From positions 634,586 through 698,585 of the forward strand of contig JABIAG010000001.1 of assembly GCA_018653365.1 (NCBI GenBank): 64,000 bases of DNA, written 5' to 3'. Under the pieces are notes generated by a model. That model was given only the letters and a program-made list of their open reading frames with translations, had not been told where the DNA came from and ran no database searches. Below, piece after piece: positions 35,952 through 44,678 of the stretch (its first letter is position 1; each line of letters begins with the position of its first letter). Source of the stretch: Candidatus Woesearchaeota archaeon. Lineage in GTDB: Archaea; Nanobdellota; Nanobdellia; Woesearchaeales; JABIAG01. The translations under genes were made by a program, and so were the position numbers.

Positions 35952-37688
35952 TTATGCATTGCCCCTAGCACCATTAACATACTTAGTTGGGGTGTAATTC
36001 ACTTTATGGCCCAGATAATCATACTCGTCATGAGGAAGCACCATTAGAAGAATAGTTTTATCCCGTTCAATCACATAAATTCCTCGCCAATGGTGAGGTA
36101 ACTTTATCTTAAAATAGGTGCGCTCACCAAGATAACTAAAAATTCGACTTAAGTTATCCTGGGGTCCTTCTTTAACCTTCTTAATAGGTTTAGTTCCAGG
36201 TGGGTTTTTTAATCTTAATAACCTCTCTGCTCGACTTAAAACATCTTCGGGGGCGTTTTTAACAGAGAATGCAACCTCAACAGGTTCTACTTCATCCTCA
36301 GACAATAATGCTACCTGCTGTTCTAAATCAGAAACCTGGTCTTCTAAATCATCTACACGTTTCTGACTAGCTTCATATGCAGTAGTAACTTCAGCACATT
36401 CTAATTCTGCTTTTCTTGCTTGTTCTTCAACATAAGTTAACCTACCAAGATCTCTTTGAACATCAGCAAATTCTTGCGCTCTAGAGGTCTTGTGTTTTTC
36501 CACTGCCGCTGCAACAGTTTTCTCTCGGCTAGCATGAACGTCAGCCAATTCTTCCCTAAGAGCTGCCTCACTCTCCTTGTGACTTCTTACTTCTGATTTC
36601 AAATATGCAGTTCTTCCTGAAAGTGACTCAATCTGCTTACCTTGCTCACGTGACTGTCTTGTTACCTCTTTTAATTCAGCTTTCATTCTATCATAATCCT
36701 CAGTTATTTCAGCACCTTTCTCTAAAACATACTTTGAAAGAGTTGACTGTAAACCCAATTGCGTATCTAAACTCCTTTCTTTTTCAGCTTCAGACAGAGT
36801 ACAAATGTCAAAAGGCAAACCATGCTGAATAGCCCACTTCATTTTTTCTCCAGTAACTAAAGAATATAGTGCCTCCCACTTACCAAAATGAGCCTTTCTA
36901 GAAAACCCAATAAAATGTGTTAGCAAAGAGAATTTTAATTCTGGGACTGCCAAAGAACTTGTGGGATGAGCACTCAATTCTCCAGAACCAAAAGCCTTAT
37001 GCCAGCCCGCAACAAATCCCTCATCTTCAAGCATCTTATACGAAAAAACTCTACTTGCATCAATACACGCCTTATGACGATTCATTAAACAGAGCAATAA
37101 CCTTCCCTGAGTTTCAGCTATAAAAGAGGGAACTTCAGTTCCTTCATTAAGTCGAGTTCTTGCTTTACCAGACAATCTAAACCCTGCCTCATTAAACTCT
37201 TCAGACCAATGATCATAAAATGTCGTGGGCGAATAAATTAAATTAATGATATCATCAACATGACCCAGAGTCGCTTTTCTTTTCTTCTTTCTAGATAGTG
37301 TTCGACCTGCCTTAGAAACAGCCCGACACAACCTAGTTGTCAGTCCCACATAATTATCTGCTATTAAAGATTTAATTAGGGGCGCGATCTGCTCTTCTCC
37401 CGAACAATTATTTCTAACTAAATTTGCAAATACATCTCTTGGGAAAAAAGAATCTGTTCTGACACCATCCTTATCAATTATTGCGCGTTGAAGTGCCTTA
37501 TCAGCTGTTTCGGCAAGAGCATCTCCCCGAACATATTCAATCCTTAACTTGTAAGGTACTTTAGTAACCATACATGCGGCAACTAAAGCTGCCTGTTTAA
37601 CTGGATCCTCTTGAGGATTTGGGTTAAATTCAATAGGGAAATTCCCGTCTACAAGTAAGTTATCTAAACCTGTCACTATCTCGGTCAT
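35952..37688 (-). CDS. large coiled-coil protein with possible RelE/ParE-like C-terminal module; GC-richer ORFan
   Basis: Heptad-rich stretch of about 150 aa (KAELKEVTRQSREQGKQIESL...DDLEDQVSDLEQQVALL). The C-terminus HHWRGIYVIERDKTILLMVLPHDEYDY resembles the RelE/ParE beta-strand pattern (YRiiY.i......v.vl.v.hR..vY). Confidence 0.6.
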   Translation of the reverse strand: MTEIVTGLDNLLVDGNFPIEFNPNPQEDPVKQAALVAACMVTKVPYKLRIEYVRGDALAETADKALQRAIIDKDGVRTDSFFPRDVFANLVRNNCSGEEQIAPLIKSLIADNYVGLTTRLCRAVSKAGRTLSRKKKRKATLGHVDDIINLIYSPTTFYDHWSEEFNEAGFRLSGKARTRLNEGTEVPSFIAETQGRLLLCLMNRHKACIDASRVFSYKMLEDEGFVAGWHKAFGSGELSAHPTSSLAVPELKFSLLTHFIGFSRKAHFGKWEALYSLVTGEKMKWAIQHGLPFDICTLSEAEKERSLDTQLGLQSTLSKYVLEKGAEITEDYDRMKAELKEVTRQSREQGKQIESLSGRTAYLKSEVRSHKESEAALREELADVHASREKTVAAAVEKHKTSRAQEFADVQRDLGRLTYVEEQARKAELECAEVTTAYEASQKRVDDLEDQVSDLEQQVALLSEDEVEPVEVAFSVKNAPEDVLSRAERLLRLKNPPGTKPIKKVKEGPQDNLSRIFSYLGERTYFKIKLPHHWRGIYVIERDKTILLMVLPHDEYDYLGHKVNYTPTKYVNGARGNA

Positions 37689-37740
37689 TACTTAAAGTAG
37701 TCCGACGGTATTTAAAAAAGTTTAGCAAAAATAAGCACAA

Positions 37741-39054
37741 TTAAAGCAAAGTCAACATATGCTCTCTAAAGAAGTTCATTGATCGTGGAAACGTATTAAC
37801 CTTCAAAATAGTCTTTTGATAATTATCCCTTAACTTAGCAGCTTGCTTTTGTGTTAAACCTGATTTAACCTCATAAGTTAGATTTGGTTCTAGAACAGTA
37901 CGAGGATGTTCAGTGATAGATTTAATTTGAAACTTATTTGGGTTGGAAAATATTTCCGTATTCTTTTGCAAACCAAAAACAGAAAAAGAAACTAAATCTA
38001 TTGGATTAGTTTCAATTAATTTAATTGATTCCAAGAATTCTTCTTTGGTTTCAGAAGGAAATCCCGCAATCATGTACACAACGTTCTTTATGCCTGCATC
38101 GTGAGAGTTCTTTAAAACAGTTTGAATATCTTTAACATTAGTTCCTTTATTTATTAATTTAAGAATTCTGTTACTAGCTGATTCAACCCCCCACATAATC
38201 ATCTTTAAACCAGATTCTCTTAAAATTGTTAAGGTGTTAAGGTCTAGGTCTATTGTTGGTTTTAGCTGACAGGTCCAAGAAATGTTTAATGGCTTGAATG
38301 CTTTGGCTAATTTTAGTAATCTAGTTTTGTGGATCATATCATCAATTAAGAAAAAATGCTTTTGTTTAGATGAAATAATTGTTTTTAGGATGTCTTCAAT
38401 AGGGAGTTCTTGATAAGGTTGCTGATTGTAATGAGTACAAAAAGTACACTTCTTATAATAACAAGAAGAAGACGTTTTTAGTGGGATAACTGGATGCGGG
38501 GTGAAGTATTCATCTAGGTTATAAATTGAAAAATCAGGAACTGAAGGGAGAGTGTTGGTCGTGTTTAAGTAATTTAATAATTCAGCTTCATCACTTAAAT
38601 ACGTTGAGAGCTTCTTTAACTTATCATTCACTGCAGGCCCACCAATAACCGTTGGAATGTTTAGTTCTCTTAGTAATGCAGTTGCGTAAAACGCCTGACT
38701 TGAATAAACAATACTGAACGCGACTAGGTCAGGTTTTTGCTCTTTTATCTTATTTAATAATTCGTTGAACAATTCTGGCTTTTCTCCGTTTACCACTTTC
38801 TTATTGTTTTCAGAATAAACTTTTCCGGACTCTTTAGTAAACTTAGAAGCAACCTCTTCATAATCATCCCAATTAGTTTGTTTACAGTATTTTTTGAACT
38901 CGGGAAACTTTAACTTATGAAATTCTAAGTTTAGGTCAAGTACGGTTATGTTATGATCAGTATTGGCTTTTAAAACCGAATGTAAATGCGTTAAAGAATA
39001 GGGAGGAGTAACAGGCGTACAAAAAGGAAGATATACCAATAATATGTTTTTCAT
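37741..39054 (-). CDS. radical SAM protein with N-terminal B12-binding-like domain (class B-like)
   Basis: N-terminus ILLVYLPF...PPYSLTHL and the DLVAFSIVYSS Rossmann-like segment. The cluster motif is CYYKKCTFC, i.e. CX4CX2C rather than CX3CX2C. Confidence 0.75.
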   Translation of the reverse strand: MKNILLVYLPFCTPVTPPYSLTHLHSVLKANTDHNITVLDLNLEFHKLKFPEFKKYCKQTNWDDYEEVASKFTKESGKVYSENNKKVVNGEKPELFNELLNKIKEQKPDLVAFSIVYSSQAFYATALLRELNIPTVIGGPAVNDKLKKLSTYLSDEAELLNYLNTTNTLPSVPDFSIYNLDEYFTPHPVIPLKTSSSCYYKKCTFCTHYNQQPYQELPIEDILKTIISSKQKHFFLIDDMIHKTRLLKLAKAFKPLNISWTCQLKPTIDLDLNTLTILRESGLKMIMWGVESASNRILKLINKGTNVKDIQTVLKNSHDAGIKNVVYMIAGFPSETKEEFLESIKLIETNPIDLVSFSVFGLQKNTEIFSNPNKFQIKSITEHPRTVLEPNLTYEVKSGLTQKQAAKLRDNYQKTILKVNTFPRSMNFFREHMLTLL

Positions 39055-39134
39055 ACTTATTGTTAAACTGATTAGATTATAATAGTATTGGTTGAATGCC
39101 CCAAAAAAAGAATTAAAAAGATAGATGTTTATGT

Positions 39135-39773
39135 TTAGACAACGTTAGATTCAATAATTTTACAAATATTTTTAACAGTTTCCTCAAAGTCCCCTGAATT
39201 ATCAACCTCAACAACATTATGATCTGAAACCCGTTCATAAATTAGATCTCTTTGCTTGTAAATTGATCTCATGTCATCTGTGACAGTCTCCCCACGTTCA
39301 CAAAGACGCGCCTCTTGCACTTCAGCAGGCAACTTTAACATAATTGTTAAATCAGGCTTCTTAAGGGGTTTTAGTAATTCACCCATCCAATCAATTAATT
39401 CGGAAATACTTTTAGACTCGTAATCAGAAAGGATTTTTGGAATTTCACAAGAGAAAACACTTGCGACATGACGATCTTTAAGAATAATTTTATTACTACT
39501 CAACGCAGGAATTATGAACTTTTCATTAAAATAAACCAGATCGGAAAAAACTAAGGAAAACCCATACATTGACAAAGGACCCTTCTCTTTTGGAACCAAA
39601 AAAGAATCTTGTTCAAGCAAAGTCTGAAGTGCAACTCCAACTTCTGAATCAGAAAACTCCGCTAATTTTAATATCTCTCGCCCACGCTTTTGCAGTTCTT
39701 GACTTACCGCCTCAATAAGTGATGACTTGCCACAAGCATCCAATCCTTCAAAAGCAACCAAAAGACCCGACAA
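39135..39773 (-). CDS. thymidylate-kinase-like P-loop kinase 1
   Basis: LLVAFEGLDACGKSSL (P-loop), DRHVASVFS and PDLTIML..P..VQEARL follow the Tmk pattern. I propose the TTG start at 39773, 1 nt after the upstream TGA. The track's ATG at 39896 would overlap the upstream gene by 122 nt. Confidence 0.65.
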   Translation of the reverse strand: MSGLLVAFEGLDACGKSSLIEAVSQELQKRGREILKLAEFSDSEVGVALQTLLEQDSFLVPKEKGPLSMYGFSLVFSDLVYFNEKFIIPALSSNKIILKDRHVASVFSCEIPKILSDYESKSISELIDWMGELLKPLKKPDLTIMLKLPAEVQEARLCERGETVTDDMRSIYKQRDLIYERVSDHNVVEVDNSGDFEETVKNICKIIESNVV

Positions 39774-39774
39774 C

Positions 39775-41925
39775 TCAACACCCCTCAAGAATGTTCCTAA
39801 CCTCTGATGTGATTCGGTTGTATTCTGCAGAATCTTTTGTCGCCCAACAAGAGGCATCATGTTCAGTAAGAACAACAGGCCCTTCACTAACCTCAACTAA
39901 AAAATTAAACTGTCTTACAGACTTACCACTTCCAGAAACATAGTCAAAAGAACCAACATATGATTTAAAATCTTGAACATCCAACCCAGTCTCTTCTTTA
40001 ACCTCTCGCACAGTGCCCTCTTTTAATCCTTCCCCTGGATTTAAATTCCCACTTGGCAGTTCATAAATTCCCCCCATAAAGTCTGAAGAAGGCCGGTGTA
40101 ATAACAAGAACTTACCCTCGCGTTTTATTACTGCGCCTACAACAAGTTTTTGTATTCCTTCCTCCTCAGACACTTTTATTAATTCAGTAATGGTTTCATC
40201 CAACATTTTTGGTTTTAAGAGAGCTTTGTGGCTTTTTATAACTTTCCTAAATGCCCTAATATATTCTTCGACAAGCTCTAAATCATCCAAATCATGCCAA
40301 ACAGGAATCTTAAGAGCGTTCTTGTAAAAGCTTTCCGCATGAGGCATATCTCCCCACGTATAGTTTAACTTCCCATCATAATTTGGAAAAAGCTTTTCGG
40401 GCTGTTGCAATAACGGTAATAGGTTAAGAGCTCCAGTTGATCCCGGATGGTCCAATTCACAACACCCTTCAGCCAATAACGCATCATAAAACGTATCAAA
40501 TGGCAAACCATCTAACTCCGCGGAAACGTATTGAATTGTAAAAGCATACCAACTAGGGTCTTTATCTTCAAAGTCCGGAATGTGAATCCCTTTTAACCCC
40601 TTTAACCCCTCAACAAGTCGCGATGCAATAATCCTCCGCGTCTCAACTAATTCCTCAACAGACTCCAATTGTTCGTAAACAATAGCAGCAGCGATAGGGT
40701 GAATTCTGAATTTTAATCCCATTCCCGTAACTGCGTATTTGTAATATTCTGAATCTTTTGGAATCTCATTCTTACAACGCTTGTTATAATGGCCCAATAA
40801 TAAAGCGCGATGAAAAACTTCGTCATTGTTTGTTATTAAACAACCTCCTTCCCCCCCTGTAACAGTTTTAGGACCTTGAATGCTGAACGCGGCGGCATCG
40901 CCAAAGGTTCCAACGAACCGACCTTTATACTTAGCAAAATGTGCATGGGAACAATCTTCCAATAACAAAAGATTATTTTCTTTAGCAATCTTAACAATCG
41001 CATCCATATCGCATGGAACCCCCCACATATGTGTAATAATAATCGCTTTAGTCTTGGAAGAAATCTTCTTTTTAATCTCTAACGGATCTATATTCCCATC
41101 TGCATTACAATCTGCCAAGACAGGTATTGCCCCTGTAAAAAAAAGCGGAGTAATAGTTGCATGAAACGTATATGCCGGACAAATAACTTCATCCCCCTCC
41201 TTTAAATTTGCAGCAACAAATAAAGAGTGTAAAGCAGAAGTTCCTGAATTCGTTAGTAATGCGTGTTTAACCCCATAAATCTTACAAAACTTATCCTCCA
41301 ACTCCTCAATAATCCCTGATCGATCATAAATTGAAATGTTTGAATATAACTGTTTCTTTACTGCTTCTTCTGTTCGCTTTGAAATTATTGGCCAAGAATA
41401 ATGTGAATGAATACGCGTTACAACCTTTTTTCCACCCAGGATTGCTAATTTATCTTCATCCAAAAAACCATTCAAAAATGTTAGTTGTTGTTCCCTATAC
41501 TCTTTAACATCTGAAGCGAAGGGCGAAGAAGAATTAATCTTAGATATCACCTCTTTTAACTCCATAAACTTGCTTCCTTCCCAATAATCTTCAACCTCCT
41601 CAACTGAAGAACAGGATAAGACTTTTCCAAAGAAAAAATACATGTTGTCCCCTTTATACTTCAAATAACGTGCTTTTTGTTTTTCTGTTTTAGCCCAGGT
41701 ATCTCCCCAAACAGTTTTTAATTGACCCAAGCTCCCAACAATCTTTACATTAAACCCAGTCTCTTCAAGCGTTTCACGAATCATTCCAGTTTTAACATTC
41801 TCATTATCAATCCCGCCTCCTGGAAAGATGATCAGACCATTATCTTCCTTAGCGAGGATCTCACCCTTATCATTAAAAAAATACCCTTCACAATTTTTTC
41901 GTAAAGGCAATAAACCTCTGTTCAT
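39775..41925 (-). CDS. tri-domain fusion: NUDIX - DegT/DnrJ/EryC1/StrS-type PLP aminotransferase - NUDIX
   Basis: Nudix box 1 GGGIDNENVKTGMIRETLEETGF. Aminotransferase LLTNSGTSALH...FSIQGPKTVTGGEGG (PLP Lys). Nudix box 2 SGNLNPGEGLKEGTVREVKEETGL. Confidence 0.8.
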   Translation of the reverse strand: MNRGLLPLRKNCEGYFFNDKGEILAKEDNGLIIFPGGGIDNENVKTGMIRETLEETGFNVKIVGSLGQLKTVWGDTWAKTEKQKARYLKYKGDNMYFFFGKVLSCSSVEEVEDYWEGSKFMELKEVISKINSSSPFASDVKEYREQQLTFLNGFLDEDKLAILGGKKVVTRIHSHYSWPIISKRTEEAVKKQLYSNISIYDRSGIIEELEDKFCKIYGVKHALLTNSGTSALHSLFVAANLKEGDEVICPAYTFHATITPLFFTGAIPVLADCNADGNIDPLEIKKKISSKTKAIIITHMWGVPCDMDAIVKIAKENNLLLLEDCSHAHFAKYKGRFVGTFGDAAAFSIQGPKTVTGGEGGCLITNNDEVFHRALLLGHYNKRCKNEIPKDSEYYKYAVTGMGLKFRIHPIAAAIVYEQLESVEELVETRRIIASRLVEGLKGLKGIHIPDFEDKDPSWYAFTIQYVSAELDGLPFDTFYDALLAEGCCELDHPGSTGALNLLPLLQQPEKLFPNYDGKLNYTWGDMPHAESFYKNALKIPVWHDLDDLELVEEYIRAFRKVIKSHKALLKPKMLDETITELIKVSEEEGIQKLVVGAVIKREGKFLLLHRPSSDFMGGIYELPSGNLNPGEGLKEGTVREVKEETGLDVQDFKSYVGSFDYVSGSGKSVRQFNFLVEVSEGPVVLTEHDASCWATKDSAEYNRITSEVRNILEGC

Positions 41926-42551
41926 TTTAACACCTCATGTTTAACCAAGCCATAAATTTCATCAGCAATAATACGCTCATCCCTCTGTCCATCAACACGA
42001 ATAAATCTTGTGTTTCTTAACGTTGAGGGTCGTTCACTTCCCATTATTCTCTCATAAGCACCTTTAAAGTTTATTAATTCGCCAAGATTCTCGTCACATA
42101 ACCTTCCTTTACGGTTTTCGATTCGCTCAAATGCTTGTTCAGGTTCAACATCCAAAAACAAAACCGTTCTAGGCACTGCTGAAATCTCAACCAAGTCCAA
42201 AAACCAAAATGGAAGTAGATCTAGGTGACTTGCATATGCAGTAACAATAGACCTATCTGCAATAAGCACGTTCCCTTCACCAGATTTGGCCTTTTTATAA
42301 CTTGCTCTTGACGACAACGCATACAATGTTTCTTGAAAGTACCGCGATTGTCTTACGCACCTTATTGGTGCAGGAACATCTTCAGAATAACATGCCTTTA
42401 TCATATTCCCCCAAAAGTTATCCTTGGCAGTATAATGCCAGAAACGGACAGGCATTAATTCCTCAACTAATCGTTTTATTAACAATTCTGCCTGCGTGGT
42501 TTTGCCTGAACCATCAATACCCTCAAAAGCTAAATCAAAGTACTCAATCAT
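41922..42551 (-). CDS. thymidylate-kinase-like P-loop kinase 2
   Basis: FEGIDGSGKTTQAELL, LIADRSIVTAYAS, VLFLDVEPEQAFERI. ATGA overlap with the downstream fusion gene. Confidence 0.7.
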   Translation of the reverse strand: MIEYFDLAFEGIDGSGKTTQAELLIKRLVEELMPVRFWHYTAKDNFWGNMIKACYSEDVPAPIRCVRQSRYFQETLYALSSRASYKKAKSGEGNVLIADRSIVTAYASHLDLLPFWFLDLVEISAVPRTVLFLDVEPEQAFERIENRKGRLCDENLGELINFKGAYERIMGSERPSTLRNTRFIRVDGQRDERIIADEIYGLVKHEVLK

Positions 42552-42553
42552 TT

Positions 42554-43657
42554 TTAAGCAAAATAATCCTCCATAACCTCATCACGTCTAACATCAACAG
42601 TCGAACAATGAATACCCCCACCAAACAATTCACTATGTCTTAGCCTAAACGGAATTGGTTCAAATCCAGCACGTTCTAATGCCTTAATTGTTAATTCTGC
42701 AGTATCTCGAATGAGAACTCGCCTTTCATCTAAGGAAATAACATTTACACTCATACCAACATTAGTTGCCATCTGTAAATGATCATCAGGATAATCAAAA
42801 TCTGTTGATTTATCAAAGATCGGAATTACATCCCATCTTTGAAGTTCGTCAGGCAACTGCTGATAAAAACCATGCATGGCACCTTCATTAACTAACAATT
42901 TTCCAGGCGCAAGAGGAACCAAATGTCCATCAATGTGCGTATCACAAAGACGAATTGGATGAACGCGATAAGAATCCCCAAGATGACGCTGTAACCAGGT
43001 TGCTCCCAGTTCATGATTCATAGTCCCAACATTCATAACCACATCCCTACCAAACTTCAAACAGTTTGCAGCATCAAAAGCGATGTCTAAACTTTCAGGC
43101 AGGTCTTCGGGTTGCCTTATTGGATCGTGTAAGTTCTCTTTCCAATAAGAAAAATCAAGTGAATCTTCCCTCATAGAAGGCCGCGGAGCCACAGTCCATT
43201 TTGCACCCGCCCTAAAATACTCCATAAAAACATTTCTTAAAAGTAAGTGCTCAAAATATCTCTTTCGATTTGTTGGGGGGGACTCAATAACCTCGTTCCC
43301 AATACAAAAATACATATCTCTTGGTGAATCGCACCCAGTAGTGTAAGACTCAAAATGAGGAGTCTTAACTGCCTCAATCGCATCTAAACGTGCGGGACGA
43401 CGAACCACTATGCCTTCACCCTCTAAAAGAGCCTGCATTGCATCAAGATCTTCCTGTCTTTCATCAAGATATCTTTGATCAATCTTATGTGGATCATCTC
43501 GATCAGCAAATTTGCCATCACGATTCTCATACATAAACCTAAACGTTTCATCAATGCCCTGCATGTTAAAATTAACACAAGACCCAATAATTATTTCACG
43601 TAACGGGGCCCATTCAGTAAATACATTCACTCTCTGATTGTTTGTTTGTCCATTCAT
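42554..43657 (-). CDS. amidinotransferase (glycine / inosamine-phosphate amidinotransferase family)
   Basis: N-terminus VNVFTEWAPLREIIIGS and C-terminus ELFGGGIHCSTVDVRR (catalytic Cys) match AGAT/StrB1-type enzymes. Start taken at the MNGQT Met. Confidence 0.75.
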   Translation of the reverse strand: MNGQTNNQRVNVFTEWAPLREIIIGSCVNFNMQGIDETFRFMYENRDGKFADRDDPHKIDQRYLDERQEDLDAMQALLEGEGIVVRRPARLDAIEAVKTPHFESYTTGCDSPRDMYFCIGNEVIESPPTNRKRYFEHLLLRNVFMEYFRAGAKWTVAPRPSMREDSLDFSYWKENLHDPIRQPEDLPESLDIAFDAANCLKFGRDVVMNVGTMNHELGATWLQRHLGDSYRVHPIRLCDTHIDGHLVPLAPGKLLVNEGAMHGFYQQLPDELQRWDVIPIFDKSTDFDYPDDHLQMATNVGMSVNVISLDERRVLIRDTAELTIKALERAGFEPIPFRLRHSELFGGGIHCSTVDVRRDEVMEDYFA

Positions 43658-44561
43658 TTTTCTTTTTATAAGGACAAGAACTCCCAAGATAACTTAAAGC
43701 TAACCTAATCTTATTAATTAAATTGAGTTCTGCTCTGTCCTTAATTTCCTCCAAAATATTTATCATTTTTAATTGCGACCTGCAAGGCTTAATCTCGCCT
43801 TGCGGAGTAACAAAAAGATCATTATATTTTCTACAAAACTTACACGGATGACTAATCTCCTCTGCAAATGCACAAAAAATTCTACTTAATCGCACATGAA
43901 GTTTGCCCCTTAAAAAATCAATTGTTCTGTTACCTGCATCCACACGCTTAAATTTTAACTTGTTCAACAACTTTTTAAAATCAGAAATCGAATAAAATCC
44001 TTCAGCAGTCTTAGGAAACAATTCTACAAACTTGACAGACGCATTAAGTTGTTTAGCCAAGGTGAAGTACTCTTCCAGGGATTCTTCAGAGGTGTTAACC
44101 CCATTAATTATTGTTGCATTAAGCCTAATCTCAACTTGAGGATGGGCTAACCTAAACAAAAATAACCCATCCAATACCTTGTCAAAAGAATCCTTTTGGC
44201 ACACTAACTTTTCATAAACCTTCTTATCTAATGAATGAAGAGAAATGTTTATTCTATCAATGTATTTACCAATTTCAAGCTTGTCTTTCAGAAAAAACCC
44301 ATTAGAAGTTATTACAATCTTACCCCCTTGTTTCTTTATTTCTTTTGCTATCTCAACTATATCGGATCTAACCAAAGGTTCGCCACCAGTAAGAGTCACA
44401 TCAGTAAATCCAAACTTTTTTTTCCCAGTTTTAAACAAAACCCCGTAGTCCTTAGATGAAAGCAAATCAGCATTAACATTCTTGATCCCTTCACCATGAC
44501 AGAAAACACAATCGTAATTACAACGCTTAGTTACAACAAATCTAAACTCTCGCTGAGCCAT
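43614..44561 (-). CDS. radical SAM enzyme, MoaA-like (with C-terminal Cys motif)
   Basis: FRFVVTKRCNYDCVFCHGEG, VTLTGGEPLVRSDIVEI and C-terminal CKFCRKYNDLFVTPQGEIKPC resemble the MoaA N- and C-terminal clusters. Confidence 0.7.
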   Translation of the reverse strand: MAQREFRFVVTKRCNYDCVFCHGEGIKNVNADLLSSKDYGVLFKTGKKKFGFTDVTLTGGEPLVRSDIVEIAKEIKKQGGKIVITSNGFFLKDKLEIGKYIDRINISLHSLDKKVYEKLVCQKDSFDKVLDGLFLFRLAHPQVEIRLNATIINGVNTSEESLEEYFTLAKQLNASVKFVELFPKTAEGFYSISDFKKLLNKLKFKRVDAGNRTIDFLRGKLHVRLSRIFCAFAEEISHPCKFCRKYNDLFVTPQGEIKPCRSQLKMINILEEIKDRAELNLINKIRLALSYLGSSCPYKKKNEWTNKQSESECIY

Positions 44562-44678
44562 TTAAACCGTTAATGAGTGAACGTATTTAAAAGTAGTTTA
44601 CGAGGATTAAATAGTTTTCTCAGAAGAGTTTAGAATTAAACAAATTTTTAAACCATTTAAGAGTTTAGTTAAACAAAC

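Noticed and set aside
43614-44561. Ordinary molybdenum-cofactor MoaA
   Set aside because: No other Moco genes are in the window. The gene is translationally coupled to an amidinotransferase and kinases. I keep the call 'MoaA-like' but do not call it moaA.
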